The notes under the pieces were generated by a model, which saw nothing but the letters and a program-made list of their open reading frames with translations, did no database searches and was not told where the DNA came from. The translations under genes were made by a program, and so were the position numbers. A stretch of DNA of 64,000 nt from the human T2T-CHM13v2.0 reference genome, Homo sapiens, in NCBI RefSeq assembly GCF_009914755.1, contig NC_060925.1, one strand, 5' to 3'. Shown in pieces: positions 37,766-50,484 of the stretch (the stretch's first letter is position 1; each line of letters begins with the position of its first letter).

Positions 37766-38059
37766 TAAACTATAATTTGGGGTGAGAAAAGACTCTTCCC
37801 TCAGAGTCAGGAAGCAGGGGTTTTATACCTTCTTTGGTCCTGACCACAAATGAGGTACTTAACTCTTAGGGGTCTGGTTTTCCACCCAGGGAACAAAGAG
37901 ATTAAATTGAGCATAATCAGAGGACAGTGGAGCTGGAAGACCCACTGGGACCCATTCATGGAACAGGTGGAAAAACTGAAGTCTAGAAGAAGTCACTCAG
38001 GAGAAAGTGAATGGTAGACCACAGTGTCACAGCCACTTACTCTCTCTACCACACCCAGG

Positions 38060-39402
38060 CAACACAGTGACCCATGGGCCAGGGGAGCTGAAAGAGCACC
38101 TAGCAAATATTTTGAGCTAAAAGAGAAAGAAAATATAACATGTGAAAATGTGGGGATGCAACAAAACAGTACTTGGGGGGAAATGTATAGTACTAAATGC
38201 CTGTGTTAGAAAGGAAAACATTTTCAAATTAGTGACCTCAGTTTTAAGAAACCAGAAAAAGAATAGCAAATTAAACCCAAAGTAAGCATCAGAAAAAAAG
38301 TGAAGACAATAGCAGTCATTAATGAAATTGAAGACAGATAAGCAATAGAAACCAAAAGCTGGTGCTTTGAGAAGACAAATGAAATGAGAGTGTAGATAGC
38401 CAGAAAGATCAGGAAAAAGGATAGAGAAAATCCAAACAATTAATATTAGTAATGAGAGAGGTAACATCACTGTAGAGTATACAGATATTAAAAGAAAAAT
38501 AAGGAAATATTATGACAATAAATTTGAAAACTTAGATGAAATGGTCAAATTTTTTGAAAGATACAAATTTTGTAAGCTCACTTAAGAAGAAATAGATAAC
38601 CTGAATAGCCCTTATCTCTTTAACAAGTTGAATTTGTAGTTACAAATCCCTCCCATAAAACTCCAGGACCAGAAAGCTTGTCAGGTACATTCTATCAAAC
38701 AGTTAAGGAAGATATTTACAAATAATACCTCCCAACTTCTTTTATGAGGCCAGCATCATCCTGATGCCAAAACCTGACAAAGACATCACAAAAAAGGAAA
38801 ACTACAGACCAATAACCCTCAAGAACATAGTTGTAAAAATTCTTTTTTCTTTTTCTTTTTTTTTTTTTTTTGAGACAGAGTCTCGCTCTGTCACCTAGGC
38901 TGGAGTGCAGTGGTGTGATCTCAGCTCACTGCAAGCTCTGACTCCCAGTTCACGCCATTCTCCTGCCTCAGCCTCCCGAGTAGCTGGGACTACAGGTGCC
39001 CACCACCATGCCTAGCTAATTTTTTTGTATTTTTAATAGAGATGGGGTTTCACCGTGTTAGCCAGGATAGTCTGGATCTCCTAACCTTGTGATCCACCCG
39101 CCTCGGCCTCCCAAAGTGTTGGGATTACAGGTGTGAGCCACCGCACTCAGCCACATAGTTGTAAAAATTCTAAATGATATTTTAGCAAATAGCAATCAAC
39201 AATAAATAGAAAAGAGAACACATCACAACCTAGTAGCGATTACCCACAAATGCAAGATTGGTTTAACATTCACAAAATTAAAAAGGAAAGATTATATGGA
39301 GAACTCAATAGATACGAAAAAAGCATTTGACAAAATTCAACATTAATTCTTAATGAGAACTCCCAGCAAACCAGGAAGAGAAAAAAACTTTCTCAACCTA
39401 AC
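38060..39402 (+). mobile_element. Old L1M ORF2 fragment (endonuclease-RT linker to RT start), degenerate, split by AluY
   Basis: AAATTAAACCCAAAGTAAGC..AACCAAAAGCTGG..TTTTATGAGGCCAGCATCATCCTGATGCCAAAACC..AAAGCATTTGACAAAATTCAACA. Confidence 0.9.
38844..39152 (-). mobile_element. AluY
   Basis: Diagnostics TGCAAGCTC, TTCACGCCATTC, CACCGTGTTAGCCAGGAT; perfect 19-bp TSD ACATAGTTGTAAAAATTCT (38825-38843 / 39153-39171). Confidence 0.96.
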
Positions 39403-39489
39403 TTTCCCCTTCCCTCCCCTTCCCTTCTCCTGTAGCCTTGCCTTGCTTTGCTTGTCACACGGAGGATCAGAGCTCACTTTGTAAACGTG

Positions 39490-39545
39490 GTGAGGATGAT
39501 ACCATGGAGGGCGTGAGGATGATACCACAGAGGGTGTGAGGATGA
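39490..39545. repeat. 23-bp tandem repeat, ~2.4 copies (GTGAGGATGATACCAYRGAGGGY)
   Basis: Seen directly. Confidence 0.9.
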
Positions 39546-41039
39546 AGATGCAGGACACTGGGCACTGGAGTCTGGAGAGCGGGAGGAGACTCATCCTTTG
39601 AAGGATCGTGAGCATGGCTTGCAGGAAGTGTCGGAGGATGATTCGAAGGTAGATATGACTAGCAAGGTCAGGGGAACCAGGTGCCGGCTGGGGCACCCTT
39701 GGCCCTGGGAGAAACTGGTATAACTAGCTCCAGACCTGGGCAGTCCCGTGGCCACACTATCTTGATTCCCAGGGCTCCTGCTCCTGCAGCTGGGCTCCCC
39801 TGTCCCCCTGGATGGGTCTCTTTCATCCTGGGTTATTTCAAACGCAAAGCCTAGCTCCATCTCTGGTTTCTAAAATATGTGCGCACGCGAAGCATTTTGA
39901 ATGCATTTGCTTATTACAAATTTGTGACTGGAGGGGAAGGCATAGACTACACCCCCTCACTGGCTGTTCTACACTTCCCCACGGCCTCCTTCTCTGGAGG
40001 AAGCGGCCTTCTATCCCACCTCATGCACACTGCTTCTACCTGCTTCCTGCTACAAAGTCTTTGTGCCAGCTGGGCCTGCACCCTTGGGGTGTTGGCTTTT
40101 GTCGCCACATGGGTTCCCACTTTCAGATAAATATTGCATTTTTCTTCCTAAGAAAAATTCTGATGGATGTAAATTTCTTCCTCATGTTCCACAGGTATCC
40201 CTGTTTTACAGATGAAGAAACACAGACACAGAAGTCACAGCCAGGGAGAGATTTTGGCAGCAGAAGCTCTATCTGGGGTGTGGCAGTTGAGCCCTCAGTT
40301 TCTGCTCAGACGGACCTGGGTCTGATCCCAGCTCCACCACGGGCCAGCTGTGACGGCACCCCCATCACAGGCCATTTGAAGAGTAAATGAGGTGACACAT
40401 CTTAGGTGCTAGCAAAGTCCCGGCACATAGTAAATGCTCAAGTAAATGCAGCTGCTGTTGTTCTTATTGGCATGCTGACTGCACCTGCAGAGACTGCCTC
40501 TGCCCGGGCCCCACCCGCAGACTTTCCTCTCTTTCCTTTCCCTAACATCCGATTCCTATTCCTTTCTGTTTCTATGACCAGATTAAAAGTCACTCCCCTA
40601 TTTAAAATCCTGCCTGTCAGTCTGGTGAAAAATGTGGAAATGGAATTTAGGAATTAGACAGGCTTGAATGCAAATCTGTTTTCTCCCCTCATTAGCTGGA
40701 AGTCCTTAGACAAGTCCCTTAACCAAGCCTCAGTTGACTCACCTGCATAATGAAGACAGCACTCTGCAGCCTGCGGCTTATGGTAAAAACCAAATGAAAC
40801 AACAGGTGAGAAAAGGGCTTTGCAAATGGCAAATGGCAAACCACTGCTCAAATGCTGGCTTGTTTTCCTTCTCATTTTCGGTGTCCCTTGGTAACCTGAG
40901 TGTTTAACCTGTGTTTTCTTTCTTTGGTTTAATGAAGGCCCACTGTGAAGAAATAGCCATGTTGGGGGATAGATCCGCCAACCAAGCCTGGAGTTAGGTC
41001 CACAGTTCTGAGCTTGAGTCAAGCTCCCCAACAATGCTG

Positions 41040-41365
41040 TGTGCTCTGGGCCCTGCAGACCTCTGGGCTGCTACTGGCCTTTCTGCCTCTCTGCTCCTCC
41101 CTCCCTCTGCTCCCCCACACAGCTCTGCAGCAGCCTCCAAACACCTCTGGCTCTGCTGCTTCTACCCGGAACGCCCCTCCCTCCTCTTGTTCCTCCTCCT
41201 CTCTCTCAGGGAAGCCCTCCCTGACCCCAAGACCCAGGCACACACTACACAATTCGCAAAGAATGAGTAGCTTCTCTCCCAGCTTATTTTGTGACTTCCA
41301 TGAGTTTGGGGACTGTGTCTGTCTGACTTACACTTGTGTCCAGAGTTCTGCATAATGCCTGGCAG
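41040..41365 (+). mobile_element. L2 fragment
   Basis: CAGGGAAGCCCTCCCTGACCCC..TTCCATGAG..GGGACTGTGTCTGTC..AATGCCTGGCA. Confidence 0.7.
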
Positions 41366-41367
41366 AA

Positions 41368-41447
41368 CTCTATCCACTCAACATTGTTCATAAAATCTCT
41401 ACCCACTCAGTATTGTTCATGGAATCTCTATCCACTCAGTATCATTG
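41368..41447. repeat. 29-bp tandem repeat, ~2.7 copies (CTCTAYCCACTCARYATTGTTCATRRAAT), at the L2 3' end
   Basis: Seen directly. Confidence 0.88.
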
Positions 41448-43759
41448 GCCACATCACAGCCTTGCTGTGAGACACTAGGCTTGTGTCTATTCCTCTCTGG
41501 AACAGAGTTTCCCCGGGCAGTGTAATGAAGGAGCTGGGTTCAATGGCCTCCAGCATCCTCCACTGCTACTCCCCTTCGCTTTGAAGGCAGCTCCTGGACG
41601 GTGGAGACAGCTACTGCCAACAGTCTGCTGATGTCAGCAGGACAGGCTTCAGGTGCCCCTGCCTCCCATTCCCTCCTTATAAATAGCTCTACCTGAAAGC
41701 ACTGGGGTCACTCACCCCTGGGGACAGCCACAGGTAGCCAATTACTCTCAGTGCCTGGAGGGCTGATGGGGAGGGGGTTTCAGGTTTGAGTGGGAACCTT
41801 GGCCCTGGAAAGAATCCACTGGCTCGTCTGGGAGAGAAAAATGGAAGGTCATTTCGGTGTCTGCACCAGGCGGGGCCCGTAGCCACCAAACAATCATCTG
41901 TGGCCTGAGAGTGGAAGTAGTAGATGGCTCTGTGATTCCAATTATCCTCGGATCATTCAAATGACTATTGGAATGGAGAGCCAGACTGTCCTGTTTGGAT
42001 AGTGATGTGTGCAGTGACCCCCACCCCACCCCACCACACCACCCACGAGCTATCTCCTCTCCAAGCTCCAGACTGGTCACTGCAGGGCGGCCCCAGGGAC
42101 TCCCTAAGCTCCCAGCTCCCCATAGGTCTGCTGAGCACGTAGGCCTGAGTTGGTGGGCTCTGGTGGGTGCTCAGTCCATTTGATTGTAGAAGGTCTGGGT
42201 GGCAGAAGATCCTACTAGGGCTATGGGGAAAAATCAGGTTCTACTCCAGGGGACCTCAGGCAATCAACCTGAACTCGCCCAGTGCCAGCTTTGTGACTTT
42301 GTGATTTTGTCCCACTGAGATGGGAGAATGATAATGTGCACCTGGTAGGTCGGAAGTGAGGGCTATGTAAGGTAATGCCGTGAAATGGCTTGGTGCTTGG
42401 CACATGGAGGCCTTCTGTGAGCGGATTAGCTGGTGCTGTGGTGCAGCTATAGGAAGCAACTCAAACTGGCTTAAGCAGAACACAAGGGACATCTCCTGGA
42501 ACCCCAGGATGACAAGGCAGCCAGCCTCAGAAGGAGACAGGCCCAGGACACAGCAGACCCGGCTTCTCCTTTCTCCATCTGCAGGACAGAAGATAGTGGC
42601 CTTCAGGTCCTGAGCATGAATGTCTCCTCCATCTGACAGAACAGCCCAGATAGAACCAGATTCTCTCAGTCCCAGATTTCTGGCAAAGGGACTCCACTTG
42701 GTCTGACTTGGATCTGTTTTCTGATTGTCTACTCTGGCTCACTTGCTCTTCTCTAGAAGCACATTAAAAAGGCACAAGCCTGGCCTCTGGGAGGCACCCC
42801 AGAAGGTGCTGAGGACTGTGAAGGGGTCAACATGAGCTGGACAGAGCCCCTCCAAAGTTCCAGGCCCTGTGCCAGCTCTGGGCCACCAAGGGAAACCTGG
42901 CCTGCGCCCTGTCCTTGAGAAGTTCACACCGGGAAGGGAAGACAGATGAGTGTGATCAGCAGGGCACGGGGAAGGCAGCAGCAAGAGAACCAGGATCCCC
43001 AGGCCCCTCCGTGTGCCAGGCTCCACATGCCTGCTTCCTCTATGCCTGCTGGGTAGATGCAATGATCTTCCCGAGAGGCAGAGCCAGCCACACAGCACAG
43101 ACAGGGCTGGGCCGGGGCTGGACCCCAAGCCTCCAGGCCTGGCTTTGGGATGGTGGTCGGTGGGGCAGCCATTCCATGGCTTCACTCCAGCGAGACCCCA
43201 TCGAGCCAGGTCTCACACAGCCATGCCAAAGATCTGACATATTCTTAGCTACAATCCTGAGTCTGGGAGAGAAGCAGGAAATGACTCACCCTCTTTCTCC
43301 AACATAAACACAACTCTGTGCTATTAATATTTACCCAGGGGCTTCTCCAAGGGCCCCAAACAGCAAAAGGATCCTGGTGAGGGAAGGGTATGAAAGATAT
43401 GTCGGGTCTGCAGCTGCCTTCAAATGGAGCAGAGAGACTGAGTGCCAGAGTGAAAGGGAGCCTCACAGCTCTCTCCGTCCTCCCCATTTGACTGAGGTCC
43501 AGAGAGGACAGGGAGCCAAGAAAATCCAGCAGGGCGGTGGCAGAGGAGGGAGCAGAAGGTGGGAGCACGGGAAGTGGAACGAGCACAGGGCTGTGGGCCC
43601 CTGGCCCTCATCTGTCAAATGGGAAAGCAGGAACTGGTTTGAGGATGTTTCCCTGAGATGTCAAATGGCCCCTCTGAGTGTCTGGCAAAGAATAGGTACT
43701 GCACAAACTCATCATGGTGAGGGCAAAGTCATGGTGAGGATGCCAGTGGTCTTCCCTGC

Positions 43760-44180
43760 CCCGACTTCCCAGTGTGCTTTGCACTGCCTCCCAAAACCCT
43801 GTTTCTGCTTGGTGACCCTGCCCTGCTCCCCACCCCATCAGTGCATTGGACCAGGAGAAGATACCTGCCCAGGCTTGGCCAATCAGAGTACCTGTGCTAC
43901 CAATTCTAAATTGAGACAGAGAGCCTGGTTGGGTCTTCTGGTTGTGTGAACTACTGATGCATGCATTTCTGATTCGTGAGAAATGGGAAAAGTAGAGACC
44001 TGACCTGAAGTCTTATGAGGTGGGTGGAAGAGAGTCAGTCTGCATTCTGGCTGGTGCTCCTGTCTCCGGTCCGGGTCCCTCCTGAGTTCTGGCTGCATCT
44101 GAGAGACCAGGGTCCTTATGCCAAACCCCCTCTTCTCTGCAGCTGAGCAGATTCTGTCACTTGTGACTCAAGCAGCCCTG
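43760..44180 (+). mobile_element. Old MLT1-type LTR
   Basis: ATTGGACCAGG..ACCTG..GGCCAATCAGAG..AAACCCCCTC..TTCTGTCACTTG. Confidence 0.55.
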
Positions 44181-45024
44181 ATTCCCACGAGGAAGAAGAA
44201 CTTCCTGATCGTCAGAGGGGTCCAGAGCCAGGTGGGCACTGACCTCAGAAGGAAGATCACTGAGGTCCATGGGAGGGCGGGAATCCCGCGGTGCTGGGGC
44301 CCAGGCCCTGCACCCTGGTGGCTGGGGTGTCCTAGGGCCTCTCTCCTAATTAACCTCCTCTCCGCTGTTTTCTCCCTCCTGCTCCATGTCCCTTCTTTCC
44401 TCATCTCCCACACCCAGCCCCTCCCGAGATCATCCATTCATCCCTTAGGCAGCATCTATAGCCCACTTGTGGCTGTTCATCCACTGGGCTGGCCACCCTG
44501 GGGACGCAGAGAGGGACAAGGCCGTGTCCCTGTCCTCAGGGAGCCTCCGGTCTGGCTGGCGAAACAGACACAGAATCAATCACAGCCCAGCCTGGCCAGT
44601 GCTGAGATGGGGGAAGATGTGGGAGGGGCTGGGGAGCTAGGGGCAGGCCAGGCCCTGGACATGGAGAAGGGGAGGACTTCTGAGAGGAGGTGGTGTCTAT
44701 GCTGAGACCTGAAGGAGAAGTCGGGGAGCCAGGGGAAGAGGCTCAGGGGGAGAAGGTTACTGCAGCAGCCCAGCACAGGCAGGGCACTGGCAGAGAGGGG
44801 GAGCCTGGTGCCCTTGGAAACGGCAAGCAGTTCTGCTTGGCCAGGGCAGGGTGGGGAGGGTGGGGAGGTGTGGAAAGATGGGGCTGGGGTCCACCTGGGT
44901 CAGACCACAGAGGGCATAGGGAGGGCTATGGGAGGAAGTGACCTCTCTGTAAGCATGGAGGAGCGGGTGTTCCAAGAGGATCTGGGCTCCTCAGACCTCC
45001 TGAATAGCGAGGAGGGGAGGAGGC

Positions 45025-45275
45025 TTCTATCTTCCTCCCTCCCTCTGGCCTCCTCTCTCTCTCTCTCTCTCTCCTCTTTAACTCTTACTCCACCTAGATG
45101 AACCAGCTCAGATGCCACCCACTCTCCCCTCTCTCTGTCTTTCTCCCCCTCCTCTCCCCTCACTTCTCCTCTTTTGTCCTCTCCTTCGCTTATACTCCCC
45201 CTTCCCCCATTTCTCTCCCTCCCTCCTTCCCTCCCCATTCCCCTCCCTCTCTCTGCAGACCCCTCCCCACCTCCT
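45025..45275. repeat. CT-rich polypyrimidine low-complexity tract
   Basis: Almost pure C/T, apart from a 46-bp insert at 45080-45125. Confidence 0.9.
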
Positions 45276-45725
45276 CCCGGCCCCGCCCAGCCGCGCTTGT
45301 GAGGTCCTGCAGCGCCACCTTCAGGCCGCGGCCGGGAGCGGTGCCGGTGCGGGGCGCCCCACCAGGAGGAGGTGGCGGAGGTCCCGGGGGCCGCCCCGCC
45401 TCGCAGCCTGGGCTCTGCCTGCTCTGCGTCCACGCCAGCATAAGCCCCAGCCGGCTCCGTCTCCCCTAACGACTCTAATTACCAGCCAAGCTCGGCTCCC
45501 CAAGGCCCAGGCGCCAGAACTGATGACTTTAATAACAGAATCCCTTCCCTTTCACGGCCTGCTCCGGGGGCCGCTGGCCTGAGGATGCAGCGATCTCTGC
45601 TGTCCTGGGAGGGCGGGGTCCCACGGGGGTTCTACACCCTCTTACACATGGGGAGGGGGGGCTCAGCCAGGGCAGTGAGGGGAGAATCGCTTAGGGTGGC
45701 CTAAGAGAGCCTGGCGCCGCGCGCT
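45275..45725. promoter_or_regulatory. Small orphan CpG island with GC boxes
   Basis: The only CpG-dense stretch in the window (e.g. GGCCGCGGCCGGGAGCGGTGCCGGTGCGGGGCGCCCC); CCCCGCCC near 45281 and CCGCCCCGCC near 45391; no recognisable gene attached. Confidence 0.8.
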
Positions 45726-45734
45726 TGTTCATCT

Positions 45735-45772
45735 ATGGCAAAAACCGCAATAACTTTTGCACCAACTTAATA
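45735..45772. mobile_element. Half Made1 / solo Hsmar1 mariner inverted terminal repeat
   Basis: ATGGCAAAAACCGCAATAACTTTTGCACCAACTTAA+TA versus recalled Made1 arm ATGGCAAAAACCGCAATTACTTTTGCACCAACCTAA+TA (2 mismatches). Confidence 0.92.
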
Positions 45773-45939
45773 TTTGATCGATGATCACTCAGGGACATCA
45801 CCCTGAACTTAACGGGTCCTGGGACCAGACACCCAGAGATGAAAAGACAGTGGGGTACAGTTCTAGCGCTGGGTGATTGAAGCTACGACACTGGCCTGTG
45901 ACAATTCCTGCGGGGCCCAGAGAAGGTGCTGGCACCCCG

Positions 45940-46190
45940 GGGGGGCTATCAGAAGCGTGAGGGAGGGGGCTCTGAACTGGCTTCAGAGTGGGTGGCATCT
46001 GGGCCGGTTCATCTAGGTGGAGTAAGAGTTTGCAGGGGAAAGACGATGAGAAGGGCATTCCAGGCAGGCGGCAGTTGCCCAGAGGCGTGGAGGCTGGAAA
46101 GAGCAGAGGCTTTCAGAGATGGGGAGTCCTGTGTGGCTGAAAATGGAGGGGAAAGGGGGGGTTAGGCTGGGGGACCATCAGGTGTCAGAC
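45940..46190 (-). mobile_element. L2 fragment
   Basis: GGCTTC..GGTGGCATCTG..GAAGGGCATTCCAGGCAG..AGAGGCGTGGAGGC. Confidence 0.65.
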
Positions 46191-46254
46191 TGGAAAGGAC
46201 TCTGGGTGCTTTTTGCTAGCCCTGTATCTATATTCAGTACTGATACAATATAAG

Positions 46255-46515
46255 CTAATAGCAACAATCATACAAATTATTATTATTACTATTAATATTA
46301 TAGCCACTAATACTTATTAAGGGCTTTCTGTCTGCCAGGTGCTCTCTCAAGCACTTTATGTCTATTGACTGAATTAATTTTTATGACAGCCCCATGAGGT
46401 AGGCACGATTGGAGAAACAGGCACAGAGACGTTAAATAACTTGTCTAAGATGGCTCAGGTACTGAATGGCAGAGCATCCTCTCTCCAGAGCCAGCTTTCT
46501 TTACTTTCACAGCAC
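46255..46515 (-). mobile_element. MIR SINE with an AT-rich tail
   Basis: TACTTATT..TGCCAGG..AAGCACTTT..CCCATGAGGTAGG..GAAACAGGCACAGAGA..AACTTGTCTAAG. Confidence 0.85.
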
Positions 46516-47678
46516 CCTTGGCCCACCCCCACCCCAAAACTTCCAATTTAATTTTTCTTAGATTCTGTCTCCCAAGGAGAAAAGCACCTCCACCCATTTC
46601 CCCAGGGATCAGAGGCAATTTGTAGTTTGGAAGAAAAACCAAAGGGCCTGGAGAAAGCAACATTTAACCCAAAGCCATGATTTGCCCATGCTGGGCTCTC
46701 GGGCATTAGCTGGGGACAAGCTGGCTGGATCAGCAGTCTGGGGCTGCCTGTCCTCCAGCATCGAGTCCCCGGGCCTGGCTAAGGTTGCCTCTTTTCCATC
46801 CTCACCCCAGGAAGCCTTTGGCATTTCCAGAAAGAGGAACTACTGCCCAGCTACTGCCCCTGGTGGAGGCACTGGCAGATCTGCACTGAAGGTGGGATGC
46901 AAAATCTACCTCTTTATAGTGTTGAGAATCCAGCCCCAGGCTCTGCCTCTGAGAGCCCTGGGAAGACAGGGGTTTTCAAGAGCTCGTCACCAGCCTAGAG
47001 GTGTTCTTTGGCTGGGCCGAGAATGGGTGTCATCTCGAAATTAGACTTGCAACTATACACCTTTCCCTTAACTGAGCCAGAGCGTTGTTTCTGTTGCAAC
47101 ACTGGGTTGGAGAGAAAGAAATGAGAGAAAATTGACTTGTTTCCAGTAATGCTCCAGAAAGCAAGTGTGGAGTCTGCTTTGTGATTTTGGATTATTTTTT
47201 TTTCTTCCTTCCTTTCTATATCTGTGCTTTATCATGACTAGAATAGGGATGATGCCATGTGAGGAGAAATGGAGGTGACAGGACTAGGCATCTGGGCCAG
47301 ACTAGATCTTCCAGTGGAGAGACCCAGCCAGGCTTGGGGCCTCTGTGATGGCCAGGGAAGTCAAGTCTAGCCTTGGTGAGGACACAGGTGGTGCTGGGCT
47401 TTAATGACAGGGAAGAAGGCACAGGATAGAGAGAGGCTCAAGAAGGGCAAGAACAGCCTTGTCTCCTCCCTGCCCCGCCCACTTTATGCTGCAGGTGCAA
47501 TGGCTGGTCCCTGCTCCTTCTGCAGGCCAGGCCCATCCATGCCCTGCCTCTTTGCACATGCTGCCTCCCTGCCAGGAATGCCCTTCTCCGTTCATCCCTC
47601 CAGCCACGTTTTCCCTCCTCCGTGCAGTCTTCTGAGGCTGCTCTCTACAACCCATATACACAACTCATATACACATAG

Positions 47679-48026
<348 letters not shown>

Positions 48027-48054
48027 TAGAAACTCCTCCCCCCATCAGATCAAA

Positions 48055-48295
48055 CATAGTAAAATGCCCTAACAGCCCACATTAACTACAGATTATACGC
48101 GACTATGCAAAAGCTGAGTTGGAAAGGAAGGTGACCATTTGATAATGTTATACTTTGTAGACATTTGATTAAACATTGATCTATTTCGACTTCACAGCTT
48201 CCCTTTTATAATTTGAAGCCAAATAAATTGTTTTCCCAGACCTTCAACATTTTCACAGGCCCTTAAGAGCCCTTAGGTCTTGGCACTGTGCCCAG
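48055..48295. mobile_element. Probable hAT (MER115/Zaphod-like) DNA transposon fragment
   Basis: End region AACATTTTCACAGGCCCTT..TAGG..GGCACTGTGCC resembles the recalled consensus. Confidence 0.45.
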
Positions 48296-48729
48296 AACAG
48301 AGAGTCTACCGGAGAAACGCTCCCATCAGACTCAGGCTGGGCTATGGCAGGTGGAGTTTGGCTTCTCGGGCTTGTTAGAGGGAGACCGTCTCCTCCAGCG
48401 GCCCTGCCCTGAACCCGGGCTGCTTCCTTGATCTAATTAGCATCGCTGAGAATTAAACTGCACACTGGAGCGTGCTCGTGCTCCCCCGAGGGCGTCCCAG
48501 AACTAACACTGCTTAAATATGAAATGGTTCCTGCCCTTGGGGCCTGAGTCAAGGAGGCATGAACCAGAAACAACAGTTGTGATTACTAGCTCTGATTAAA
48601 GCAGTGTAAGTTATACAGTACAATAAAATAAAACTCTTGCAGCAATAAAATAGTTAACAGTACTCTGAGTTATTTCTCTTTTCTTTGAAGGGAGCACAGG
48701 CTGTTTATTTTTTACTCTGTATTCTGATG

Positions 48730-49530
48730 ATTCCGCTTATTCATCCAGGTCATTTACTGATCACCTACTATGCGATAGGCATATACTGGGTGCAGGGAAG
48801 AGAAAGAACTACGTCAAGATGCCTACACTGCTGGGGGCTCAGAGTCAGGAGGGGACTGTGGCCGTCCAAGGACAATTCACACAGATAAGCCTACCTTGGG
48901 ATGGAGCCAAACACACCATGTGCAACAGATTACCTGAGAGGATAATGGGGGGACTAACTCAGATGGGGGTGATGTTAGGAGCTGATATTCAAGTTGAGGA
49001 CTGAAAAAATGAATTACCTGAAGAGTGGGGACCAGAGTGATCTAGGTAGCAGGAACTGCCTGTGCAAAGGCCCTGGGTGGGAGGCAGTGTATTTGTTGGA
49101 GGGACTACAGAAGCCCTGGGGCGATGTGTGGGGAGGGGCAAGCATGGGGAGGAGGCAGCACCCAGCCCTGCAGCGCCTCTTGACTCAAGGCTCCCTGAGG
49201 GGCATAGAAGGGTTTTAAGCAAGGAAGTGGCCTGGTCTGATTTGTTGTGTTTAAATGACCCCTAGCTCTTCCAGGAGGTCAGAATGGGAGCAGGGGTCCA
49301 GTGAGGAGATGGAGGGGGACGTCCAGGCGGAGCTGATGGCAGCTTGGACCAGAGCAGGAACCGTAGGGGTCTGGGAATGAGGAATTTGTCCACACAACTC
49401 CGAGGTTTCTGGCTGAGAAGCCAGGTGGATGGAGCTGCCATTTCCCGAGTGGAGAAGCGGGGAAGGCAGGAGCAGGAGCAGCAGCAGGCTCGAGGCTGAG
49501 AGGCCAGCATGGGGCATATGACTCCAGGGC
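48730..49530 (-). mobile_element. L2 fragment (contains the donor of the inverted copy found in LTR10)
   Basis: CATTTACTGATCACCTACTATG..TGTGCAAAGGCCCTG..GGGTTTTAAGCAAGG..GTCCAGGCGGAGCTGATGGCAGCTTGGACCAG..CTGCCATTTCCCGAG. Confidence 0.85.
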
Positions 49531-50484
49531 TGCATCCCCAGAGAAAGGGAGGGGCAGCCGGAGCATCCTGAGGGCATGCAGGGAGAAGCTGCTGGAGACC
49601 TTGTGTGAGTGTCCTCTCTGGACAGCAGTGTGAGCCTCCTGGGAGAGTGGACAGAGGGTACAGAAAGGATCAGGCTGAGGGGTGGTGACTGCCTTCACCC
49701 CCTCCAGCACCCCCCATGTCTGTGGCTTCCAGAGAGGCCCCTGGGGGTGGCTGTGGAGGGGCTCTGGCTGGTGGGAGGGCCTGGGGCTGCTGCGGTTGGT
49801 CTGCTGAGCTCTGCTTCTTCCCCACTTTGTCACCTGCCGGCCCTCCGATGGCCGGCCAAGGCCCAACTCTGTCCCATGCTTGGGCTCTGACTCCCAAAAT
49901 GGCTGGGGCCAGGTTTGTGGAGGGCAGGCTGAGAGCTAAGGTGAAGGGCCACTTACTCCCAGCCCATCTGCAGCTGTAATCCTGGCCTCCCCATGTCCCT
50001 GCCCTCAGCTGCCCTAGATATCTCTCAGTGAGTACGGAGATAAACCCTCCAAATCTCCATCCCTCTCTCCCTGCAACATGTCTGCATTCCCAGGGCTACG
50101 AGGGGCTGCTGCCCATTGGTTTCATTTGATTTGCTGTGTTTATTTATAAGCTTTCTATTTCTCAAACCTGAATATCTCCCTCAAGCAAGTGAAATCTGCT
50201 CTGCCAAGGACTTTTATGAGAAGTTACAAATGACACATGGGAAAGCTAAGAGCAGGTTTATTTTTAAACTCTGGGCTCCGAAAGACACCCAGTCCATCCA
50301 TCCATCAGCTCCCTCACTCTGGCGGAAACACTGGCTGATGTGCACAATATGCTTGGTCTTGCGCTGGGGGATGAGGGTACAGAGACACCAAGGACTGGAC
50401 GTCCTGGATGAGCGCACAGTGTGGTTGGGCATGGGGAGGAGGTCGGGGCAGAAATAGGCTATCGCAGCATGGTGGAATCAACAA

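Noticed and set aside
39420-39680. Possible exon: polypyrimidine tract plus TAG at ~39435, followed by purine-rich sequence
   Set aside because: The acceptor-like tract is low-complexity DNA at an L1 end, donor sites are weak, and there is no recognisable peptide.
44900-45582. ORFs across the CpG island
   Set aside because: Low-complexity G/P/R-rich translations in several frames; no domain or convincing splice structure.
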